A DNA stretch of 56,273 nt, counting the filler, from Platydemus manokwari (Eukaryota): the NCBI GenBank assembly GCA_037951405.1. It is 5 parts of 5 records of this genome, joined end to end, with 100 filler letters (N's around TTAATTAATTAA, not from the genome) between each part and the next. Parts side by side here need not be neighbours in the genome. Positions count along the whole stretch, not along the records: positions 25,317 to 36,376 come from JBBMOY010942195.1; 4 more parts are not named here. One strand, written 5' to 3'. Position numbers and translations under genes: made by a program. The notes under the pieces were generated by a model that was not told where the DNA came from, did not search any database, and saw only the letters and a program-made list of their open reading frames with translations. Below, in pieces: positions 25,317 to 36,476 of the stretch (within the stretch, counting starts at the first letter, position 1; every line of letters begins with the position of its first letter).

Positions 25317-27906
25317 ATAATAATTAATATATTAAAAAAAATTCACAATAATTGAAAGAATGAGTCATCACCTGCCAAAAATATATAAAATCTAAAAATA
25401 GAATAAAATATATGTAAAAATAGAAACAAGTATGCAATTAACTAAAAATAATAATTATCAAAATTAAATTAATAAAATAGCATAGAATAATAGTATAAAA
25501 ATAATAATGCAAAAATATAAGTAAAATAAAACCAGTATAAATTAAAAGTAAAAATCAAAAAACATTACCCTGACTAGATATAAAAATATTTCAAAATTCA
25601 TAATCAATAAACGTAGTTAACAATTAACAGGATAATTAGTGGAATTATAGTTATTATCGGTCAAATCGAAATTATTATTATCGTCAGCTACATCAAATGG
25701 TAGGAATAAATATCATCATTAATCCTATCAATATTAAAAGCAACGAAAAACAAGGAACAAAGTCAGAACTTTAAAAATTTTAACATTTAATATAATATAT
25801 ACTCAGTTCATTACATTTCCAACTTAATTAGATCATTGCATTTACAATGCAATCGTTCTCTAATAAGAAATCAATCGTCTCAAGAAAATTTACGATTGCA
25901 ATATTCAAACTCAAATTCCAAGTAATTCTATTAATCGTTAAAGTTTAAATTTGTACCTCAATAACGTTTCAGCTTGAATATAATTCGACTAGAATATATG
26001 TAAAAATTAAAAATATTTAACTGGAAGAGAAATATTTAAATAGTAGCGGTTATAGGTGCCTTTAAGCCTAGCCACCGATAAAATATGTACGAGACTCTTA
26101 CAGGCAATACCATAAGAGACTTATAAAAATCATAAGTTCTATCAATATAGAACCATACAAAAAATAAACTTATAAACAAAAGATTCCCAACTTGATTATT
26201 TACCTAAAATTCCATCCATTCTATTTCATTGTTTTGTATTTGTAATACGATTTGGATTTAACTATAATTTACTTATTTGAAAACAGTGCGATAATAACTA
26301 TATCTTATTTAAATCAATTCATTAATTTTATATTGTTATACAATGACATCATATCCTGTTCACAATATACATATACACCTTTTGGAGTCAGGTGAAAAAA
26401 TTTTTTTAGTGAAAATAAATTAGAGCTCAACTCATCTATTGATAAGGTTTCGATACTGTTAACTCTCATTAATTATCATAACTCTCAATTTGTTTTGATC
26501 CAAGTTACATTAAATCTAGAAACCTAATAAACCAATTAAAAGAGCGAGGAATAAGTAAATTAAATGTCAGATAACTACTTATGATCCTAAGTATAAAACT
26601 CTTAAAATTAAAATCTGTAACGAAAATTCTCAATTTATATTCTGATTCATCGAAATGGGCTGTTTACAAGATTAAATACTAAATATGGTTTAGTCTTCAT
26701 ATTAAGGGAGTACATTTCAAACCGGTCAACAGCATTTTCTGATATATTTTCTATTATAATACTAAATAAACGTTGTATATATTGCTGTGCGTTTTCTTTT
26801 TAACTCTCGTTTTGTCATCGGTATTATTGGATATAATTAATAGTAATTGCAAGCACCACATCATTGGTCATACAAAATCATTATAGTATACAAACAAAAC
26901 TCATTCACTAGTCTGAAAAATCGAACAGTTTACCCAAAAGGGACCAGCTTTATCAATTTATAAGTTATTGTTCTCCTTCTGATAATCTTCATGCTGAAGG
27001 CTTAAGGGAAAAACCGAATATGTGGCATAACTAATTTATATTCAACATTTTCGAAATTCAATAATTCCAAATGAAATATCGCATCATTGTCATTTATCAG
27101 TATTACACTTATGTATGAATCAATATCATGTCGGTTTCGCACTGACTCTCTTGCTTGACTTCAGTGGCTCTGGTACTCGCATTGGTATACCATATGGAAT
27201 AATAAAGTTAATTAAAGTTCTCTGAAAACGAATTGTATCAAACATCATACAAAACTACAATAGTCTATGGTAACTTATCAGAAAAATGAACAGTATGGTA
27301 ATCACGTCTTACTACAGAAATACTGTCAAATAACTTAAAATGATAACTAACAATATGGTTTGACGTTAAATATTAACAGCAGCAATCACAAATACTTTAA
27401 TTTATAATGCCCATAATTATTTTTAAAAAAATAGACTTATTACATTTTTAAAAGGTGCTTTTACCTAAAGACGAGCAACTAAAAATTCATTATTAAATCA
27501 AAAACTATTTAAAGATTATTTTTTATTTTTCAATGTAGCAGATTTGTTATTTATAATACATCATTTGGTAATTAGTCAAAGGAAATTAATTATTTCATAA
27601 TTTTTATCAAGTCCAAGATCCCAAACAAAATCGAATAAAAACTCTAATGACAAGTGAAACAATACTTTGCAATCAAACTTCAAAACGGCATAAAAACAAT
27701 CATTCTCCACAAATTCGGGTTACACATTAGCGTCTTAACACATTCTATCATGCATATTTGTTAAATCATGAAAGAAAATACAAGTCTGAAATTGTTTACT
27801 CGTATATAAAATGCAATTTGGTAATCACAATTTCATTTGTACAAATTCTATTACAAAAACATACTAAATCTAACAAACAGTTATTCAAAATTCGTCAATA
27901 GCCCAT

Positions 27907-30900
27907 TTACTCCATTTCCGAAGAATCCATAGCAGCATTAACGATGACTTTTTTCCTTTTAAATCGTGGATCTTGCAAGTAAGATCTATCACTAACTTTT
28001 TTCGAATAATCATCAGTTTCCATTTTATGTTTAAAACTAAATATTTCATCGCTAATAGGAAACATCGGAGATTCAGGCTCATCAGATTTGGGTAAGAAAT
28101 CATTTAATGGAGTATGTGTCTCTGAAGATTCAGAACTCGCTGTTATAAAATTAGGTGACGACAGCTGAGATCCAAAAGTTGAAGAAATACTGTTATAGTC
28201 ATATGAATTTTGATGCATCATAGATTCTTCGCTTGCATTATTTGAATTTAATACACTAGGATGCCCTTTTAAACGAGGATCCGTGTATTTATGCATCAAA
28301 TCTTGAGTTTCTATAACCATCAATGGATAGGGAATTTTGATAGGAACCTCAAGGGGTACTAATTTCCATGGAATATCATAACCCATAGCTTCGGTATGAT
28401 TATGGAAATAGTGAATAGCTGACATATTTATATAATCCATCATAGCTGATTCACCTGGATGTGCAGGGTAACCACCATAAAGCATTGCTTGTTCACTACC
28501 ATAAGCAGGCCCTGGACCCTATTTGTAAAACAATATAAATGCGGTTCAGTTAATTAATATTAAAATCTACCAATCTCACATTGGGTTGCGCAACGTTCAT
28601 ACTTGTCCTTGGAACATAAGCGCCGGGTGGAATTTCTGGCGATTTAATTACAACAGGAGATGATAAATTTTTCTTGGAACTGTTAATTTCAACTTCTAAT
28701 GGGAAATCATCTGCATCTTCACATTGAATATTGGGATCGAGCATATCTACTAAACGCTTAGGCGAACTTGAAGAATCTTTGCTAACTACTAATTGGGCCA
28801 AATTATCGATATATGGATCAGATATATTAAAATTGTCTTTTAATTCTGCAGCGTTCCCTGGATGTAATTTCGAATTGGGTTGAATCAACGGGGGTATTGT
28901 ATATGGCATTCTAAAACAAGATTTTGTTAATATTTCATGAGTTAGACAATTGAACACAACTAATGGGTGAATAATTCGTAACATACGCTTATTGATTGGT
29001 AGAGGGAATACCCAACCCTAGTGTAAATAAAGAAAACACGCTTTAGAAATAATAGAATTATAAATACTAAGAATGTTCACCAATATATTTCAATTTTACA
29101 TTCTTTAGCGAAATTTATGTTAATTAAATGGAAAAATATTTCCTCGAATTTTATATTTATAAAAACATGATAAACAAATAATAAGTTCATTTAAAATTAT
29201 TGCGAAATATTGAAGATTATTGAATAAACATTATTGTTTACACATACTTAAACATTTTTAAGGAGGAAGTTAAAATCAGAAAGATAATTTAAATATGTAA
29301 AGATACTAATTTTATTTAATAAGCCACTTAAAAAATCAAGATGAAATTTACCCGTTAGAAAATCCTTCATGCATATTTGGAGTTACCATTCCTCTAAAAC
29401 CTCTTGGAAACATTCTGCCGGCATTCATAGGATATTGACACATAAATCGTTGTCTGTGCATAAATTCCATTTGATGTGGTACTTGCATTGACATATCATT
29501 GTAGCGCATCATAGTATTCCATGGTCTAACTGGAAATCTCATAATATCTTGACCACCTGGATATCGGTATCGTAATTGATCGGGGAAAAAGCCTTCCGGT
29601 TGTTCAAATCCACTATTATAAAAAATTCTAAAAATATAACCAAAATAATCAAATATTACGTTGCATTATCATCATCGTTATCATCATCTTCGGCGGACTT
29701 TTTAATTACTTAAAAACAGAAAAAAGTTAACGATTTTGAAAACAAATAAAAACTTTATACTTGAGCTCCATTCGGATCCATTTTTATCAGTTCGTTCGTC
29801 GACCTAAAAGCCAATTAAAAGCTATTATTAAATACTAATTTGAAAATATGTAAATTGGATTGACTAGTAACATTTTAATTTTAATAGAATGCAAAATAAA
29901 AAAACAATATTAAAATCCAGGCAATAAATGAAAATACTTTTATCTATACTCCGAGATGTGATTATGATTTATTTTAATATAGAAAATAGATTTTTTTAAA
30001 AAATTTTCTTAGACTTGTTGAACATTATTTGATGGTATCATTTTTATTTTGTTGATTCAAAAATTATTTCAACCTCAACTTGAATAAAATTTTTAATTTA
30101 ATAAATTATAAATGAATTTTTGAAATAAACAGCTTCCTAAAACAAGTCAACAAATACGACTGATTTCTTTTCATAATCGAATCTTTTTTATAACAAAAGA
30201 TACATTCACGTTTTTAATTACTTAAATAAAATTTCTTTCAATCGAAAGTTGAGAATTCTTGCAATAAATCATATAAAATTCAGAAAATGTTCGACAAAAA
30301 ATGTCAATTACACAACAATCTAATTATTATCAAGGTTACACTTGCACCATAACTTTAATATATTTTTAGATAAAATACATTAATATAACATTTCTGCACA
30401 GATTTTGATTTCATTTAAGACATTATCATTTCCTTGGTTATAAACTACCCATCAATAACATTTATAAATTCTTTCAAAGAATTAAATACATAATGTATTA
30501 TTTATTTATCATTACACAAGACGCACCAGAAATGGAGAAATTATGATAATTACATGAAGTTTTTTATGTAAATTTTAATATCAAAACGCATCTTTTTCAT
30601 TGAATTTTACTATTTAATAAAAATAGTATTCATTTTTAATATTATCATATCATAATCAAAATTTGATTGGTAAATTTGCTTTGGTAAAAGAAACTGAATT
30701 ATTCCACAAGTTCGATAGTTAAATAAGTTGTACCAATAAATACTTTTTGTAAATTATAGAAATAATAATATGAACATGAAAAATAATACAAATAAATTCT
30801 TACCTTTTCATCGAGATATTTCTCTAACAATAATTTTGTTTCTTGATTCAAAGGGGCGTGTGAGTATTTGCAGCTATCTCCTGAAGGACACATCTTGGAA

Positions 30901-33568
30901 CCAGCATGAAACAATTTACAAGGAAATTCTTCATGCATATATATGCAGTTAGTTCGCTTATAACACTGTTGATGTTCATAAAATTTACAAAGTTCTTTTT
31001 TCTTAATTTCTTGGGAAACCGTTTTCGTGGGTGATTCGTGTAGATATGTACATCTATCTCCATGATGACAAGAGCCCATACTATAATATTTACAAACACT
31101 TCTTTTTTCATTGTCATTTCGATTTGACCATCTTTTACTTCGATCATTTTTGAAATCGCCCCTTTCATTCCAATCATTACGAAAATCGTTTCGTTCATTT
31201 CTATCGTTTCTATTCCAATTATTATTGTAACCACCTTTATTTCTATTTTCATTAAATGTTCCCTTTGAGTCATTATCATTATCCTGTGATTTCCAGTTAG
31301 TTTTATTCGATCTCCCAGCATTGTTTCCATGGCTTGTATTTTCTTTGACTGTTGGTTTACCTTCTTCATCACTATCAAATGCTCCCCATTTACCAAATGC
31401 TGAACCACCTGAGTTATCATTTCCTTTCGGACTATCTTGTAAATCCCATTTATTCGATTCATCGACTTTAGTCTCAGAATTGTTATTATTGTCCTCTGTC
31501 GTCTTTACATTTTCTTCATCACTATCATATGAGCCCCATTTACTTGTCTGTGGAAGATCTTGCATCTCTTGATTGATTTTATCATCTGCTTTTGGACTAC
31601 CATCATTTGACAATCCCCATTGTTTATCATCATTACCACGTTGTGGACTTTCATTATTAGATGTACTCCATCTTCTCATTCCATCATTATTTCTCTGTGG
31701 ACTATTATTATTTGATGACCCCCATCGCTTATCATTATTTCCTTGTGGACTTCCACTGTATGAAGAACCATATTTTTTATTATTATCATTATTTCTTTGT
31801 GGACTATTATTACTAAATGAATCCCATCTTTTATTATCATCGTTACAACGTTGTGGACTGCCATTATTAGATGATCCCCATCTTTGATTATCATTATGCC
31901 TCTGTGAACCATCACGTCCACCCCATCGTCTAAAATTATTTCTCCGTGAACCATCTCTCCCACCCCATCTACGATAATTATTCCGACGAGAACCATCTCT
32001 TGAATTCCATTTATGCGAATCATCATTTTGTTTGGGACTATCTCTATTATTCCATTTGTTGTAATCGTCATTTCTTTTAGGACTATCTCTGGAACCCCAT
32101 TTTTGAGTATCTTCATTTACTTTTGGACTATCTCTACTATCCCATTTTGTAGAATCATCTTGTATTCTATCAGGACTATCATAAGAACCCCACTTTCCAA
32201 AATTATCAATACTCGATTTCTGAGGACTATTATTTAAATCAGAATTTTTGGCTATGTCCTCATTTTGAGGCTTGGGACTTTCATAAGAATACCAACTTGT
32301 TTTTTCATAAGTGGGCGAACTTAATTTCGAATCAGAAATTGGAAAATCTTGCGCTTTAACCGGACTATTTGATGTATCATAATCATTATTAGATTGATAA
32401 TAGTTATTATCTTTACGATTTTCATTATTTGATGGCAACCTTTCACCCCACCCTCTATTATCATTATTTTTATTATAATTAGAATCCCATCTTTTAAAAC
32501 TTTTGAAACTTGAACCATGGGATTCATCAAAAGAATTTCGTTTAGTATCGGAATTTTTAAAACTACTCGACACATTAGTCTCATCTTCACTGTCATAATC
32601 ATTCCATTTACTAACTTCACATACCTCTTTATTAACAGGTATATCAACATCACAACTAACGGGCTCATATTCGGGTGATAAAATTATTTCAATATGCTTT
32701 ATTTTAGTTTGAGAATCACTAAATGAACTTTGATTAGTATCGGCTTTATCATTATTATTAAAATTTTTAGATCCAATTGACTCCTCCTCACTGTCATAAC
32801 TACCCCATTTTAAACTTGATTTTACATTATCACTAACCTCATGGTCAGTCGTATACGATTTTTGTAATTTCTCAGTTGAGGGAATTTCTGATTCATTATC
32901 AACTAAATTAATTTTACAATCTGTTAATTCGGGTGAGCCTTCCTCATCATCATCTTCATCATTACTTTTTTTAGACTTTTTCCATCTATTATCAAATTTA
33001 TCCTCGGAATTTATATGACGTTTCCTATGCAAGCCCTTTTTATGATGTTTATGTTTCTTAAATTTAAGAGTACTCCTAAAATTACATTTAAAGCGAGTTT
33101 TCAATCATACGCAACATACTTATCATTTATGTTAACATCAGAATCATCATGAATATCAGTATTAATAAGCCCAGAATCATTATCAACTGTGCTTATAAAC
33201 TCAGGCTCATCTAACTCTCCTTCTTCAATCTCACCATCTTCTAACTCTTTTTGACTAAATAATAAAATTAATAAATATACATAGATAACTCATCTAAATT
33301 AATTTCGAAAATCCCAAATCTCGATTATTAATACATGTTTTATATCTGAATGAGTTAATGTATTTAAAATGTATTTAATGGTATTAAAAAGACAATGAAA
33401 ATAAAATGCACCGTGTTAACAATCAGGATAAATGTATCGCAGTATCAAAATTATTTAATAATATTAAATACAATTATTAGCTTTCATGAGTAATAAAATA
33501 TAGTACAGGTTTTGATAAATTTCCAGTTACTACCTTAATAGATCGATATCTTCTTTTGGTTCCGACAT
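27907..33568 (-). CDS. ZC3H4/ZC3H6/Suppressor-of-sable family CCCH zinc-finger protein (~1250 aa); exons 33568-33534, 33254-33120, 33075-30804, 29803-29761, 29708-29660, 29627(or 29612)-29352, 28910-28580, 28518-27907
   Basis: All introns are GT-AG and phases join in frame (3753 nt including stop). Three tandem CCCH fingers (CKYYSMGSCHHGDRCTYLH; KKKELCKFYEHQQCYKRTNCIYMH; EEFPCKLFHAGSKMCPSGDSCKYSHAPL) match the ZC3H4/6/8 signature KK.ELCKFY....C.....C.YMH..FPCK..H. N-terminal ELEDGEIEEGEL and C-terminal TDPRL and QDPRF are present. Confidence 0.92.
31590..32200 (-). repeat. Coding tandem repeat (~39-51 nt units) encoding [KR]W[GDNS]S..[DNG]SP[QK]R units
   Basis: Recurrent GGACTAT/TGTGGACT and CCCCAT units in the DNA. 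Protein units such as KWGSRDSPKRNDD, RWGGRDGSRRNN and RWGSSNNNSPQRNND. Confidence 0.9.
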
Positions 33569-36219
33569 GTTGATAAATTATGCTTACTTTGCATTAGTTT
33601 TTATAATGTCCATTAATTTCGAAACTAATTTAGCTTAATAATATATATTTGAAGCGTATTGCAAATTTAAATATATAGTCCAAGTTTCAACAGATCATAA
33701 ATATAGATTTGAAGACAAATTCTAATTACTGTAAGAAAAATAACAAATATTTCATTTAATACTGTAATAAAAATTTTAAATTTAAATCAGAAAACAAAAA
33801 ATAATAAAATCGACTATATAAGCGACGTGCCATTATATAGTTTATTAAATTATGGCTTATATTCAAAGAAATCATTAAAATCATAAATTGCACATTACTA
33901 AAGTACATACTCCATATATGTCATCTAAATAAATAATTTGAATTATTTTATTAAATTTTTTCACCTTTTAAAACTACTGTATAATTATTTGATTTTATTA
34001 ACAAATAATTGTTAATAAATTTTTCTATTACATTGTAAAAAGTTGATTTCAAATCAATTTAGTATTCATAAACAAATTGATCAGATGTAAAGTTGGCTTT
34101 TGTATTATAATAGTTTAAGTTAAAAGTTTTGAAAACATGATTCTAAGTCATATTTTTATGATTGGATATTTCAAAAGCAAATAAGGAAGTTTGTTTATTG
34201 TAAAGTGTATTTATATTATCTTCACTTCAATTTAATCCAATTAGAAAACTAGGTTGATTAAAGGCATTTTTTTAAAAGAAGTAATCAAAATTAGAAGCAT
34301 TCAACTGTCTTGATTTGAGAATTGATACTTGAAGGCATAAAATGAAACGATTGCTTTATTCAGCTCTGTGCCAAAGTGAAATTTGTTTGAATGGAAAAGC
34401 TATTAGTATAAATAATATCACGTGTTAATCAATAAAATTTTTATTTTATTTCATATTGATAATAGAATTTATTGAAAAATTAAATTATTAAAAGTTAGAA
34501 AATATTTTAATTGGATTGCAATTGAATGTCTCAGAGATTTTATGAATAAAACAATTGCTAAAGAAGACGATTAAAATCTAATTTAAGCCTAACTGTACAA
34601 ATGCTTTTAAATTGAATGAAAAAGTAAAGATCACCGGCACAAAATGAAATTTTAAAAAACTAATTGTTTAATTAACAAATTTTCATTAATAAATAAAGCA
34701 TTTCATCACAAAATAAATGAATATGTTCTCTAGCAGTGGCTATCAGTCAAGAAAGAGAATAGAGATCAAACATCAAAATAATAATAAATATTTAAGATTA
34801 AATACAAGTTATTTTTGACTTCTATTATTACCGACTGAATCAACATTAGTTTAAATAACAAATAAACAGTCTACTATTATTATACGATATTGATGGTGTT
34901 TAATAATGTTCTCTTCGGAATATTAGCAATAAAAAATTAATTTAATAAATAACTTTCTTTTATATAGTTTTTTAATTTTAAAAGAATCGCCAAATATTAA
35001 ATCCGATAATAAATATAGAACACACTGTAAAGTCAGACTTCTTAAAAATATTAGGCAACGTCATTTTTCAAAAAAATGTGATCTTTAAATATTCAGCATT
35101 CATATCCAATGAATGTAAAAATCAATTAAAAATACTGAACACACAGAAATAGGGTAGAACGAATCAAAGTGAGTATGCTTTGTAAATCAATTACCTCTAA
35201 ATATATGAAACAAAAAAAATAAATGACTTGGTGGAACCCTGTAATTAATAAATTTTAAGTCTTTCATTTCAGGGAAGATTTTAAGTGTTTCCAATCCTGA
35301 ATCTACGAGGAAGGAAATTTAAACGAAATATCTTTATGGGTTAGTTTCATTCCGATTTTCAATATCATTAAAGTTCTTAAGATAAAGATTAGATTACAAA
35401 TAATTCCAAGAATATTTATTAAAAAAGAACATTGCTGGAGCACAAATTTGTCTTGTCATTTCTCTAATAGCATGTTTCGGGCACTACAGAAAACTTTTTC
35501 TATTTTTCCAATTTAAACGATAGGAATTCCACATCAATCACTGACAACATATTCACTTATAATATTCAAATCAATCAGGATTAATTAGTAAATCATTTTC
35601 AATTTATAAATTCTATACACGTCACATGTATTGACCTCATTTGTCAAATCTAAATTTCATGTTTATCCACAAGATAAAAATTGTTGAAACACATGTCAAT
35701 TCCAAGTGTTATTTGATTAGATTTCGATGGTCACAAACATTGAAAATTTTGAACACTTTCAATTGTTCCCCAATAATCAAATTATTTCAACGTATAAATA
35801 TTTAGACAACTATTAATGCATATCACCACAATAGAGAAGAAAAGATTTTGACAGAATTATCACAAATATCCTTTAATATAAAACGTGAGAAATATTTCAT
35901 CCCCATTATTGGTCAATACAATTATTTATTTTTAGGCCAACATGGTAAAATATCGATTATAATATAAAGATTTGAAGTTATCAAATGATCTTAGTCACTG
36001 ATATTCACCTAAAAGGACAATATTCGGGACAAACCATTCTAAAAAAATACTTTCACAACGGTATTTCCATACGAACAAATTGAAGACAATTTTCACAAAT
36101 TTCAACATTGGATAAATATAATCAATTATAAAAATTATATAAAATATAATTAATACTGCAATTAAATCAATTACAAATAGAAAAATCGAATTTCGATACA
36201 AAATATGTCAAATATCTTG

Positions 36220-36356
36220 TTAATTGGATTCTTCGACATAATTAGATGGAAACATTCCTTTTCTACCATTGAAAACTCCAACCCACCATCCGCTATCAAT
36301 TTTTTCAATATCACTTATCATGTCACCGACTTTAAATGATATTTCATCTTCCTCTT
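36220..36356 (-). CDS. Terminal exon encoding a C-terminal SH3 domain, cortactin/Abp1(DBNL)-like; rest of the gene lies beyond the gap
   Basis: After the AG acceptor: [44 protein letters not shown]. The EISF..GD.I..IE.ID.GWW.G...G.FP.NYVE pattern at the extreme C-terminus is typical of cortactin/Abp1. Not in the ORF track. Confidence 0.88.
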
Positions 36357-36376
36357 CTACAATAATGAAACATAAA

Positions 36377-36476
36377 NNNNNNNNNNNNNNNNNNNNNNNN
36401 NNNNNNNNNNNNNNNNNNNNTTAATTAATTAANNNNNNNNNNNNNNNNNNNNNNNNNNNNNNNNNNNNNNNNNNNN
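36377..36476. other. Artificial scaffold gap linker
   Basis: N44-TTAATTAATTAA-N44. Confidence 0.98.

Noticed and set aside
28911-28984. ORF-track start MLRIIHPL of the 144-aa ORF
   Set aside because: Intronic; in-frame splicing uses the acceptor that starts the exon at 28910.
30848-32668. Several overlapping ORFs in alternative frames and antisense to the large ZC3H exon
   Set aside because: By-products of repetitive GAT/AAT-rich codons; no recognisable domains.
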